Shown: one piece after another, positions 12,835-25,626 of the stretch
Position numbering within the stretch: the stretch's first letter is position 1
How the letters are laid out: every line of letters starts with the position of its first letter
Source: Squalus acanthias
Lineage: Eukaryota
Reading direction: 5' to 3'
Assembly: GCA_030390025.1 (NCBI GenBank)
Contig: CM059432.1
Coordinates: 117,058,001 to 117,122,000 of the forward strand
Length of the DNA: 64,000 bases
The notes under the pieces: model-generated
Databases searched by the model: none
Told to the model about the DNA's origin: nothing
What the model saw: the letters and a program-made list of their open reading frames with translations, nothing else
Position numbers and translations under genes: made by a program

Positions 12835-13890
12835 AAGGTTATTATTCAATATCAAAGCTGTGAGTATTCAGGGGAATCCCTGGGAATGGATAAGAAATTA
12901 GTTGAAGTGTGGAAAACAATGAGTACCCGGAAAAGGGGTTATATCAGGATGCGGAGAGAAGTACTGAGCAGGTTGTCCCAGGGCTCAGACTTGGGACCAT
13001 ACAGTTTTTCATTTATATAAATGATCTGCACTCAGAAACTCAATGCAAAGTGGTCACATTTGCTGATGATGCAAAACTGGGAGGGCCAGTGGAATTGTAA
13101 GAAGTAACTCAGAAATGTTAGAGTGAGTTGGACAAAAATAAATATGTGGTCTGATGAATGGCAGATAAAATTTAATGCAGACAAGTATAAAATACTCCAT
13201 ATAGGAAGGAAAAATAAGCAACACATGTACTCCATGAATGGTGTTGAAATAGATAAGGGTCGAAAGAGACCTAGGAGTCCAGTAGACTGGCCGGTAAACT
13301 TGTCCAATCAGTGCAGAGTGGCAATCAACAAACCCAATAGGATGTTGAACTCCATAGTTGAAACAGTTGAATATGAGTCAGAGGAAGTTGTGATAAAACT
13401 GTACAGCACTCAAGTTAGACTGTATGTTGTGTCCATTTCCGGTTGTCAAACAACAAGGGAGACATTCAAGTATTAGAGACAGTGCAGAGAAGAGTAATGA
13501 GACTGATCCTCAGTGTTGAGTTCTGAGTGATGAGGGAAGACTGGAGAGTCTTCAGTCTAAAAAAGGAAGCATTTAAGAGTTAATTTTCTAGAGGTGGAAA
13601 AGATTTCGAAAAAGGTAAATCCACAATATTATTTTGAAGTAAAATTGTGAGAGTAGGACAAAGGACACAGATTTAAACCAGTAAAAGGTAGCTAAGGACT
13701 GATAACCATAAATTCTTTACACACAGTGCTCAACACATGGAATGGACTCCCTGATAGAATAATGGAGACAAAGACCCAGGAGTCAATCAGGAGACAAGTG
13801 GATGTTGCAAATGCGAGAACCATGGCTGCTTCTGGATGGATATATTAAGATGGGCTGATTGGCCTTCCACAACCATAATTATCTTGTGAT
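12835..13890 (+). mobile_element. Old CR1 RT-to-3' fragment
   Basis: FFIYINDL..FADDAKLGG, WQIKFNADKYKILHIGRKN; multiple stops. Confidence 0.85.
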
Positions 13891-14499
13891 GCTGTAATCG
13901 TGTCTGAGATATGATGGTTGACTGACAGTGGCATCTAAAGTGATAGATTTTTGGGCTACTTTCTCCTGTTTGCTGATTTTAGCCAAACATTAGATGGGAG
14001 TGTAAAGCAGTGCTCCCCACTTTATAGTCACATCCACTTTTTCATCAAATGAATGAACGGAGGAAAATATACCCCTTTGATTTTTATGTTTGCTTTAATA
14101 TCCTTCTGTGTAGCAAAGGTGATGCTGTCATTGCCTAACGCATCATGTCAAAATGCACAGAGGATGTGATTTGAAGGTTTTCTACTTCATTTGCTTTTCC
14201 AAAGAAAAGTTGCCATTTTCGATTAGAAGTTCTTTGGTGTAGCAGGAATTCCAAAGATTTAGGGTGTCCTCGACTGTGCACTCATGTCATGTACAAGCCC
14301 CCTCTACATTCCACCTTCTCAACAGCCCGTGACACATAAAATATTATCACGTGAAACTCTTAAATCTCTGCACTATTCTATATAATTAACGTGTAACTGC
14401 AGTGTTTGAGGAAGTTAAGCATCCGCAAGATTATTTGACCAAGGATATCGCCGCTTGAGGCTTGAGGCAAGAGCTTAAACTGATTAACGACACAACATT

Positions 14500-16270
14500 T
14501 TTATTAACAACTCAGCTGAAGGCAAATCAAATACCTTCAAAGACATACTGAAGAGCTTGCAGGATGAATATGTACCTTGAACCAGCAAGCATAGGATAAA
14601 CAGGACTCTAAACGCATAAATAGAGCGATCAAAAGTGAAACGAGAAAGTAACTGCTCCGAGTCTGCTGGGAGAAAGGTGAGAAGTCCACTGGGAGAATAC
14701 AGGAATTTTCTGAAACATATTGAAGGAGTGGTCAAACAGACAAGGAGGAATCTGCAAATGAAAGTAACAATGGACACTAAACACAATAACAAAAATTTCT
14801 TCCAGTACTATAACAGCAATAGGACTGTCAGGGAAGAGGCAAAAATGTTAAAGGATGGTAACAAGGATTAAACTGAGGAAGAACAGAGAGTAATTAAAAA
14901 GAAGCTCATGACTATCTCCTTGCAGAATTGATTCAAAAGTAAGAGAAAATATGCCGCTCTTCTGGTGTACAGTCAATGTAGGTCCAATGAGAGTGTGACG
15001 AAAAGACCAGAAATTAGACTGGACTTGAATATGGCGAACCCAGCCTTCCCTGCCAGTTTCCACAGACCCTTGTTTGGGGCTGAGCCTTTGCTTGCACCAA
15101 GCATGGAAACTTCCATCAAAAGGGGCTGTGGTTGTGTGTGGGGAATGCCAGGGTTGGGATTGCCTTGTCCTGGTCTGGCGGACCATCGGCAGGCCAGTAC
15201 ACTGAGTTAAAACAGGTATGTTTGTTGACTGGCGGTTGTGGGGCCCATCTGCGATTCAGGCCTGGGACTAAGTTTTTATCTACCCCCGTTATGACACGGC
15301 ACAGCTAGAATGTTTCTGGGGGCAGGGGCATGCTGAAGTGACCAGCCAATGCCACGCTGTGTGACCTTCCCAATCTGCTGGGCACCCGAGCTGCGCCTCT
15401 AGTGGCACAGATGCCTATTCAGCATATTTAACTGAGGTGACCCCCCTTGACCCTGCATACTTTGGCGAGGTCAGCACTGGAGGTCATGGATGCACATATC
15501 TTAGCACTTATCCCAGGATGTCGGTCCTGTGGGTTGTTGAGCCCCACATTTTTTACCCTGCTCTCCACAATGAGGAGTGTTCATTACAGACTTTGACATT
15601 AACTAGATAGATGTTCCAGATAAGCTTAATGGTTCAAACCCCACCCCAGCAGAAACAGATATTTATCCCAGGGTACCAGGAGAGACAAGTGAAGGGATTT
15701 GTGAAGTTGGCACAATCATCATGGGAAAGTCATCGAACATTAAGAAGATTCCACTGGATGGGAAACAAGCTAAGATAATTCTGTTATTCAAAGAATATGA
15801 CAAATTTAACCTGGGATATGATCAACAATATCATTCTTATCTCAATATCTGGCAAAATAATGGATTGACTACCAGCAGCACAGAAGATTATTTGTTTGAT
15901 AATAACCTAGTAAATAGTAGCCAGCATGGGGCAGAGGGGCAAATTTCTGCCTGACCAACCCAATTGACTTTTTTTATGGTGCTGACACTCTAAGTGAACT
16001 GTGGTAAACCTTATATTGTGGTATTTGGACTTCCAGAAAGCCTTTGGCAAAGTTCCTTACCGAAGTATAGCTGCATTTAAGGGGAGGCTAGACAAGCATA
16101 TGAGGGAGAAGGGAATAGAGGGTTATGCTGACAGATTTAGATGAGGAAGGACGGGAGGAGGTTCGTGTGGAGCATAAATGCTGACATGTTCTGGTTGGGC
16201 CGAATGGCCTGTTTCTGTGCCGTATATCCTGTGTAATCCTATGTAATCCTATGTAAAGGTTGCTACATAA
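14500..16270 (+). mobile_element. Old CR1 ORF2 fragments split by a GC-rich insert (~14950-15560) and a short CR1 3' piece (16070-16255)
   Basis: NNKNFFQYYNS, NLVNSSQHG, YLDFQKAF-like remnants. Confidence 0.6.
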
Positions 16271-16309
16271 ATTCAAAGCAGTGGGAATTTAAAGAAACAC
16301 CTGAAAATA

Positions 16310-18470
16310 AGGAAATTACTTTCATTTATATAACAACAGTCATGCCACAAGGACATCCCAAAGCAGTTCACGGCCAACGAATTACTTTTGAGGTGTAGTT
16401 CATGTTCTTTTGCAGGTAAATGTAGCAGCCAATTAATACGCAGCAGAACAGCAATGAAATAAATGACTAGTAAATCATTTTTTGGGGAATTGTTGGTTAA
16501 GAGATAAATGGTGGTCAGCATGCCAGGAGGACTTTCTGCTCCTCTTCAAATAACACAAGAGGACACAAATAACTTTCCAGAAATGCTAGGGAACCAAGGG
16601 TCTAGTGAGAAGGAGGAATTAAAGGAAATTAGTATTAGTAAAAAAATAGTGCTGGAGAAATTAATGGGACTGAAAGCTGATAAATCCCCAGGGCCTGATA
16701 ATCTGCATCCCAGAGTACTAAAAGAGGTAGCCATGGAAATAGTGGATGCATTGGCTGTCATCTTCCAAAATTCTATAGATTATGGAACAGTTCCTGCAGA
16801 TTGGAGGGTGGCAAATGTAACCCCACTACTTAAAAAAGGAGGGGGAGAGAAAACAGGGAACTACAGACCGGTTAGCCTAATATCAGTAGTAGGGAAAATG
16901 CTAGAGTCTATTATAAAGGATGTGATAACAGGACACTTAGAAAATATCAACGGGATTAGACAAAGTCAACATGGATTTATGAAAGGGAAATCATGTTTGA
17001 CAAACCTACTGGAGTTTTTTGAGGATGTAACTGGTAGAATAGATAAGGGAGAACCAGTGGATGTGGTGTATTTGGATTTTCAGAAGGCCTTTGATGAAGT
17101 CCCACATAAGAGGTTAGTGTGCAAAATTAAAGCACATGGGATTGGGGGTAATATACTGGCATGGATTGAAAATTGGTTAACAGACAGGAAACAGAGAGTA
17201 GAAATAAATGGGTCTTTTTTGGGGTGACAGGTGGTGACTAGTGGGGTACCGCAGGGATCAGTGCTTGGGCCCCAGTTATTCACAATATATATTAATGATT
17301 TGGATGAGGGAACCAAATGTAATATTTCAAAGTTTGCTGATGACACAAAACTAGGTGGGATTGTAAGTTGTGAGGAGGATGCAAAGAGGCTTCAAGGCAA
17401 TTTAGACAAGTTGAATGAGTGGGCAAATACATGGCAGATGCAGTATAACGTGGATAAATATGAAGTTATCCACTTTGGTAGGAAAATCAGAAAGGCAGAG
17501 TATTATTTAAATGGTGATAGATTGGGAAATGTTGATGTACAGAGGGACCTGGGTGTCCTTGTACACCAGTCACTGAAAGAAAACATGCAGGTGCAGCAAG
17601 CAGTTAGGAAGGCAAATGGTATGTTGGCCTTCATTGCAAGTGGATTTGAGTACAGGAGCAAGGATGTCTTACTACAGTTATACAGGGCCTTGTTGAGACC
17701 ACATCTGGAGTACTGTGTGCAGTTTTGGTCTCCTTACCTAAGAAAGGATATACTTGCCATAGAGGGAGTGCAGCGAAGGTTCACCAGACTGATTCCTGGG
17801 ATGGCAGGACTGTCGTATGAGGAGAGATTGGGTCGACTAGGTCTGTATTCACTAGAGTTTAGAAGAATGAGAGGGGATCTCATTGAAACGTATAAAATTC
17901 TGACATGGCTAGACAGACTGGATGCAGGGAGGATGTTTCCCCTGGCTGGGGGGTCTAGAACGAGGGGTCACAGTCTCAGGATATAGGGTAGGACATTTAG
18001 GACTGAGATGAGGAGAAATTTCTTCACTCAGAGGGTGGTGAATCTGTGGAATTCTCTACCACAGAGGGCTGTGGAGGCCAAGTCACTGAATATATTTAAG
18101 AAGGAGATAGATAGATTTCTAGACACAAAAGGCATCAAGGGGTATGGGGAGAGAGCAGGAATATGGTATTGAGATAGAGGATCAGCCATGATCATATTGA
18201 ATGGTGGAGCAGGCTCGAAGGGCCGAATGGCCTACTCCTGCTCTATTTTTCTATGTTTCTATGTAAATAGGGCCATATCTTTTACAGCCACCTGAACAGG
18301 CATCCAGGACCTTGGTTTAACATTTTATGCGAAGGATGACACTTTCAACAATGTAGTATGGTACTGAAGTGTCAACCTAGATTACTTTTTAAATCCTGAG
18401 TGGAGATTGAACACACAAGTGACTAACTCAGAGGTGAGACTGTTACAACTGAGCCTGGCTGAGACTTACA
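16310..18470 (-). mobile_element. Decayed Deu-domain SINE split by the CR1 at 16553-18264
   Basis: 16310-16552 and 18265-18470 together align to the SINE at 21660-22127. Confidence 0.75.
16553..18264 (+). mobile_element. Young 5'-truncated CR1 LINE with AAATA target-site duplication
   Basis: ORF2 in one frame with isolated stops (17225-17227, 17984-17986); RT motifs intact; ttctatgtttctatgt tail; AAATA at 16548-16552 and 18265-18269. Confidence 0.97.
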
Positions 18471-18896
18471 TATATGAAGCTGGCTGAATGAAAGGAAGCT
18501 TACTTGATATTGGATGATGTCAGAATGGAAGTGAAGTATCACATGGATTGGTGCTGACTCTAATTGATCAGATGAGGTTATACTAAAGTGGTCAGTCCAC
18601 ATCTGAGTGCAGTTTTTAGTATTCGTCATCCAGCCCTGGCAATTATGCAGAGAAATGCCAGGAGGTTAATTCCCAATGACAAAGGACAAATCAAAAAAGA
18701 GCAGAGAAAGTGGGTCTTAGAAGGCAACTGAGAGCAGACCTGATAGAAGTATACAAGATATTAAGTGGCATAGAAAAGGTAAGTCTTCACACAGAAATCA
18801 ACATGTGAATGCAATTCTGAGTAGAGAAAAAGAGGGGAAAACCTTGGAGTCATTCAAGAATCAGCTAGATGCCAAGAATATGGTAGTGTGATGGTT

Positions 18897-19523
18897 ATGG
18901 TACTGGCCTAGCAACCCAGACATCGTGGGGTAGATTTTCATCTGGGCCGATTTTCAAAGAGATCAGGAGAACACAGTGGGCATTCCATGTAACTATAAGT
19001 GCAAAATATCTCAGAAAAAGGATAATTTTAATCCTGAGACATGCTAAATGCATTAAGGTCACACTTAAGATTATATGATTATGATCTTGTTACTGTCTTG
19101 TTATTGTGAGCATGAAAAGAGTATTAGGATAAAGCCAAAACTGTAACAAATGTCAGAGCAAAAATTATTGTTAATAACTGGCATCATGACTAATGAAAAA
19201 GTGGCTGTGGATATAAATCAGGAACTCAAACCTTAAGGCACAAATTAAATCAAAGTCAAAGCTGACCACTTGGTTATGAACAACAGTGATGCCTTACAAT
19301 AATTGATAGACCAAATTATACCTCAGATTATATCTACTAAGATTAGGAGTCATGGGGCAAATCTAAGCCTTGATTGATATTAATGTTCCGGCTTCATCCA
19401 GGTTGCCAGGTAATATTTTGCATTGGAACTTACATGGAATGTACTGTGTTCTCCTGATCGCTTTGAAAATCGGCCCAGATGAAAATCTACCCCATGAACT
19501 CTGGGTTGCTAGGCCAGCACCAT
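18897..19523. repeat. Fold-back structure: ~110-bp inverted arms around a ~400-bp AT-rich spacer
   Basis: 18897-19008 is the reverse complement of 19413-19523 (core ggggtagattttcatctgggccgattttcaaag is exact). Confidence 0.9.
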
Positions 19524-20249
19524 GAGCAGAAGCAAAGTCCCTAGTTATTGGAGGAGAGGAAAATCAGCAAGGGTTTCACTTCAAGTGGCACTATTGCACC
19601 CCAACCAGCAATGGTTGAGGTTGTCTGCCTGCCTTCTCAACCAGGGGGGAAGATATTTCTGCATTTATTCCCTACTTTTATAGAGGTGAATAGGCACCAT
19701 TTCCTCTTTTGACCTTGTGCAGGGATTTGTACATTTTCTCTGGTGGTCGAAGGCAAAATGTTACTACAACACTAAAACATTTCATCCATACCCATTCTTT
19801 TAATCATTTAGAAAATCCAGGAACCATAGTACTAAATGATTGTTGAGATACTCAGGGAGAAGGCTAGAGGATTCGACTGTATTTAACAGTTCAAAGAAAA
19901 ACTGAAAGTTAGCGAAGGTACTTTGGTATTTAAATCTAGCCCAGATTGATAAAATGCTCCCCTCTGCCTGCTGGTAGTAAGAATACTGGTGTTGTTTTGG
20001 TCCAATAGTAGTTCAATCATAATCTGCTCTAAGTCAGAAGGTTGAGGGTTCTAAGCCCCACTATAGGTCTTAAGGACATAATTTGCTGTGTGAAAATTGA
20101 TTGCTGTAGGATCCAGCTACTAGTGGAGTCCCACAGAGATCATTCCTCATCACCATGTGTGTCAATCATTTGAATTAAGGCATCGGGGGGTGGGTGGGGG
20201 GGATGTTTGCTGTTGAGACATAGATATGTGCAGGAATTAGGACTTTAGA

Positions 20250-20670
20250 AGAAATAAATAAGCTGCGGGCATAACTAGATACATTAGGGGAATGGGTAGA
20301 TGTGTGGCAGGTGTCCTACAATGTGGATAGATTTTTGGATATTAAGAGAATCAAGGGATATGGAGATAGGGCAGGAAAGTGGAGTTGAGGTAGAAGATCA
20401 GCCATGACCTTATTGAATGGTGGAGCAGGCTCAAGGGGCCGAATGGCCTACTCCAGCTCCTATTTCTTATGTTTCTTATGTTCTAGGTGTCCTGCAATGT
20501 GGATAAATGCAGCATGAGCAGAAGTGGGACCTAGGGGTCGTAGTTCACCAAACAGTTAAGGTCTATGACCATGTAGTTAGAATGTATAACTAGGACAGTT
20601 AAATATAAAATTAGAAACACAATACTTGTCCTATACAAGCTCTTGGTATGCCCACATTGAGAATACTAGG
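20250..20670 (+). mobile_element. Old CR1 RT fragment with a short young CR1 3' end inserted (20327-20485)
   Basis: LDTLGEWVDVWQVSYNVD; 3' UTR ggggccgaatggcctactcc plus (ttcttatg)n tail. Confidence 0.75.
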
Positions 20671-21659
20671 GTAAAAAATTGTTATGGCCCGTTATCGGGT
20701 GCATAACTGATGGGACACTTCCAACATGCGCCCAAACTGTGAGGCATGATGCTCAACAGAAGTGGGGCCTCAGGCCTCATTGTAATAAGTGGTGAGCTGC
20801 CAGTGCCTGTCATGCCTCCAGAGGCAGCTCACCACTATTTGGTCGTGGCCCTTAGGTGAGTCCTGGGAGAGGGAGGAGAATAGCAGGGAGTCGGCAGCAT
20901 CTCACCGCAGTGCTGTGGAGCCGAGATGAGTTGAGGGCAGAAGAGTGTCTGGATGGAGGTCAGTATGAGAGAGCATTATATTAGGAGGGAAAGCAGGGAT
21001 ACTGGGCTTCGATGGGAACCAAGGGCAGATTGAGGGGATCCTGTAAATCAAGCTTGGAAGCTGGAGGCAACGAGAAGTTGGGGTTTAGCCTGAGTAAGAG
21101 TAGAGAACTGTAGGGTTTTAAGCTGTTGCAGTGAGAAAGTGAGAAATCTAGAACAATAGCTTCTGGGAGTTTTAGTCTGCTTTCTTGCTTATGGTGCTTC
21201 ATCCCTCATACGACAATGGTGCTCTTTGCATTTGTGTTATGAGTGAGGCTGGACCGCATGTGGCTCATGGAAGTTGTAATGTGGCTGGTTGAATCAGAAT
21301 GTGGGGAAACTGAGTCCAAAAGTATTGCCTGAAATACACCTGAGGATGGGGAGATCCGTGAGGCCCTGGTGGGAGGTGGTGGGGGTGGGGGTATTGAGCC
21401 ATGTGTGTGTATCTGGGTGGGGGAGGAAGTTATTGGAAGATGCGATGGATAAATTCATGGATAAGTTTTTGATTTTTTTTTGTTGACTCTCTTTCGTGTT
21501 ATAAACTTAATTTTAAGCAGTATATAGGGAGTAGGTGAGGAACTGGCGTGAGGACAGTATTCTGCAGATATTTGTTTCTGGAATGTGATTGGGGACGAGA
21601 TAATAATCAAGGAGAAGGGTTTTGCTTAATATAGTTGGTGAATAATGAAAGAAAGAAAA

Positions 21660-22127
21660 AAGACTTGAATTTTTATAGCGCCTTTCACGACCACCAGGCA
21701 TCCCAAAGCGCTTTACAGTCAATGAAGTACTTTTTGAAGTGTAGTCACTGTTGTAATGTAGGAAATGAAGCAGCCAATTTGCACACAGCAAGCTCCCACA
21801 AACAGTAATGTGCTAATGACCAGATAATCTGTTTTTAGTGATATTGATTGAGGGATAAACATTGGCCAGGACACCGGGGATATCTCCCCTTCTCTTCTTC
21901 AAAATAGTGCCATGGGATCTTTTACGTCCACCTGAGAGAGAGCAGGCAGGGCCTCAGTTTAACACCTCACCCAAAAGACAGCACCTCCAACAGTACAGCA
22001 CTCCCTCAGTACTGCACTGAAGTGTCAACCTAGATTTTTGTGCTCAAGTCTCTGGAGTGGGACTATGAACCCACAACTTTCTGACTCAGAGGTGAGTGTG
22101 CTACCCACTGAGCCATAGCTGACACAG
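21660..22127 (-). mobile_element. Full-length tRNA-headed Deu-domain SINE with L2-type tail (SacSINE1-like)
   Basis: Minus strand: tRNA-like head tggctcagtgggtagcac...gggttcatagtcc; Deu core ggtggacgtaaaagatcccatggcactattttgaagaag; tail gaaaggcgctataaaaattcaagtc resembling the L2 tail near 1020-1040. Confidence 0.88.
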
Positions 22128-22209
22128 TAATGAAAGAAGAAAACCAAGAGCATATCTGTGATATTAATGGACAAATGCTTAAAATGCTTGTAAGGATTTA
22201 TCAGTTCAA

Positions 22210-22370
22210 GTATCAGCTTGGCTCAGAGATAGCATTCTTGCCTCTGAGTCAGAAGTTTGTGTAGTTCCAACCCTATTTGATAGTTGTTAAGCACAAATCC
22301 TCGGCAGGCACTTCAGTGCAATACTGAGGGAATGCTGTGCTGTTGGAGGCACCTTCCTTCACCTGGGAGT
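22210..22370 (+). mobile_element. 5' fragment of the same SINE family
   Basis: tggctcagagatagcattcttgcctctgagtcagaag...cttcagtgcaatactgaggga. Confidence 0.7.
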
Positions 22371-22962
22371 CCTTAAACACTTCTTTAACGGGGAAGCAGA
22401 AAACTGACAGGTGCCACAATGTTGACAACAGACTTCACATATTCAATGTACAGAACAGCCTAATAAAGGCAAAGGATGAGGAAATAGGATTGCAGTGGAA
22501 AGCAATTGAAGAACTCACACCTTCACAGAGCCTCATTCCATACTGTGATTTCTATGATTCTACAACACAATTATATTTATGTAATCAGACTAATTGATCA
22601 AAAAATGCTAAAACAGTGATTGGAATTATTAACAATTAATTAACGTCAGTAGGCTGTTTTAAAATTAAATGCTTCCTAGTTAGTGAGAACATAACTGAGA
22701 AGGGTTATGCACAAATAACACTATCACAATGTCCCCCATGTATTTATTGAATGAAAGGAAAGTTGCTGGTTAGGAACTTTGATGTAGAAACAATTAGAAA
22801 ATATAATTTTCCTAATCTAAGTTTACTCCTTTTAATATGTTCCTAATGAAAAATAAGTGTGACTGGTTTTATTAACCTTGTGTAATATGCTCCATTAGTT
22901 GCTGTCTTAGGGTTGCAACATTTTATAGATATAACTTTACAATTTTATGACTGTATTTCAAT

Positions 22963-23705
22963 GGCCTGTAATTTGCGGTCAGCGTCGAAGCAAAGGCGCT
23001 CACCGCTGGCCCCGAAGAAAGCTGCCCACAGAGCAGATCTCGCGATCTCTGTGGAGAGAAGTTTGCCTTTTTCAATGTTCCGTTGATTTCAGCGCTCTGT
23101 AATGGGAATTCCCCAGTGCGATGCTGCTGTGACGTCAGCAAGCAGCCAATCACAATGCAGAATTCTCACAGGCAGGAAACCAGGAAATGAGGAGCTGCTT
23201 TTATCCAGACTTTCTAAAAATGTTACAGAGAGCGAAATAAAGATTGGGACTCTCACATGGGGATAAGGTAGAAGCTGAAATATCATGAAAAAACTTTACA
23301 ATTTTTCTTTAAAAAGTTTTTAAAAATTGTAATTTTTATCATAATGGAGAAATTTGACACCCCACAAATATAAAAATTAGTATTACGGGGCTAGAATGTT
23401 TATTTACCAGTTAATATGCTGTTAAAACCGCAGTTACACCTATTCCAACAAGGCTTAACATTTAATGGGCTATTTAACAGCGATATAACTGCGGAAAAGC
23501 TCAAGTTTTCATCAGTTTCCATGATTTCACAGAATACACTGATTGCCGGCTATGGGGGTGGAGGTGGGGGGAGGGTCACAGCGCAGTCAGTGTCGGAGCA
23601 GTGAATGACTGACCGCAACTTCAGGATTTCCACATTTAGATACGCAAGCGCTAAATCCTGAAGTTGCGGTTAGTTTCAGAGGGGTAATGACGGTGAACGC
23701 AAATG
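22963..23705. mobile_element. Harbinger-like non-autonomous element; right end not resolved
   Basis: Left end ggcctgtaatttgcggtc resembles the other Harbinger TIRs here; internal TIR-like inverted pair at 23609-23673. Confidence 0.5.
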
Positions 23706-23798
23706 TGTTTTCTTCCCCTTGATTATACTTTTCAATGTGCAGAGATGTTTGTTGTCACAAACCTGAAAGCACATAGACTGAAGCCCATCAGAGGCTAA

Positions 23799-24675
23799 GG
23801 CCGCGATTTTTCCTATCGATGCGGCTTGGGGGCAGGACAGCTGCCTTCCGGGTTCCAGTCCCACCCCCAACGACATCAGACGCACAGACGCGATTTTGCG
23901 TCAATTGACCTTGTTAAGCACACCCTGCGGGCTTGCTGGCCAATTAAGAGGAAGCCGATGTCAGCTGACGTGAGTTGATGACGTGTCATCTGCCGGTTTT
24001 CTTAAAGGCGCCATTCACAATTTTTTTTGACAGCTGATTTTTCAGTGTTTGACAGCATTGAGGTGCTGCAAACACTGACAATCACTGTACAAAGGTGAGC
24101 TCTTGCACCCAGGCTCTCCAGTGACCTCCTCCTTAGGCTAGAACAGATGGCAGCTGCAGGTGAGGTTACAGAAGCAATCTGTCACTGGTGAGAGAGGTTC
24201 TCCCAATGAGATGGGACTACACACACAATTCAAAACTTGTCACCTACAGAAAAGTGTAAATGCAATAAAAATGATTTTCCCAACGTTTTCTTACCTCTGA
24301 AACTCACCAGTGTACCATTGGATCCTTCACACCACTTCTTCAGCTGTCATCAATGCAGAAACATTACAGTAGACCCACAGCATGCCACACTTACCTGACG
24401 TGGTGTTCGGACATCGGGAAGCCCACAGTAGACCTGTCAAACTTGCAAAAAGCTTCTTAACTGCCTGTTAACAACCTGTTAACAAGCAGTTAAGTGCCTA
24501 TAATTCTCTTCCCGCCGCTAGGTGTCGGGTCCATGCACAAATCAGGGACCCGACACCTGGGAAGGTTGTTTGGAGGCGGCTTGACAGCGGGTTTCCGACC
24601 CGCTGTCAATCTTTGCGATTTTGCCGGATGTCCCGCCTCCAATCTTGCCCCCTGAGCGCCGGCAAATTTCTGGCC
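23799..24675. mobile_element. Non-autonomous PIF/Harbinger element with canonical TAA TSD
   Basis: TIR ggccgcgattttt / aaatttctggcc; TAA at 23796-23798 and 24676-24678; Myb start remnant gcacccaggctctcc (~24105). Confidence 0.88.
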
Positions 24676-25207
24676 TAAGCCTCCATAGCAACAGACAGCA
24701 GCAAGAACAATATATTGTCTCTACACCTAATCAGGTTCAAATAACTGCTGCCGGCACCAAGGTTCTTCAACAGGTACAGGGAACTTAACAAGAGTTGTGT
24801 TTCTGGGAAGTAGTTGAGAGATGTCCTATTAGTTCTTAAAGTGTGATTCATTATATTCCTTCTCCAAAGGCTTTGAGGCTATGGATACTAGTCTGAGTTT
24901 TGATTGTCTTGAGTCCTTGGGACATTATTCCTACACTTGTAGCATTGCTTTCACATGCTGATGCAAGGCTTAAGTCCCCAAAGGGAGTGAATGTCTTGAT
25001 GTTGATAGATTATTTCAATCCTTTCCTACCTGCTACACCCCAAACCAGCTGCGCATCCTAATTGAAAATAATGGCAATTTGCCAGACACAAAAGTCAGAC
25101 AATTTGTGCCCCATATTTTGATTTCACCCAAAAATATTTTTTTGCTGGCCCACAGTATATACTTACATAATTCAGATTCCTCAAGGTATGCCATCACTGG
25201 CCTACTA

Positions 25208-25626
25208 CAGGAAACTTTCATTTATCCGGCATCGACGGGACCGGCGTGGTGCCGGTTTATCGAAAGTACCGGATAACAGAGAGTTATATCTACCGAGGCT
25301 ATTTTTAACAAAGAGACTCCAAGCAGCACAGGAGAATCTACTCCTGCTACTGCAATGTTTCGGACTTGCGACAGCGCCAGGAGGCCGAGTAGTGGCACTT
25401 TTGAAAAGTACCCCTACTGACTAAATCGGCGTTCTCGGACTCGGACTCGGGATCGGCAACATTGCCGGTTATTTGAGAGGATTTTTCGGAGCACTCTGCG
25501 TTCGCGGAGACTCGACTGCGACTCGGCAACATTGCCGGTTATTTGAGAGGAGTTTTCGGAGGATGATTTTTGCCGGTTAAGCGAGAATTCCGGATATTTG
25601 GGTGCCGGATAAACGAAAGTTTCCTG
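25208..25626. mobile_element. Tc1/mariner (pogo/Tigger-like) MITE
   Basis: 24-bp TIR CAGGAAACTTTC(A/G)TTTATCCGGCA (23/24); TA on both sides (25206-25207, 25627-25628); internal ~37-bp direct repeat. Confidence 0.9.

Noticed and set aside
22060..22127. tRNA gene
   Set aside because: A/B-box-like sequence is the head of a SINE and continues into the Deu domain; no complete cloverleaf
25440..25575. CRISPR-like ~37-bp repeats with spacer
   Set aside because: Only two full units, inside a TA-flanked MITE in eukaryotic DNA, with no cas genes
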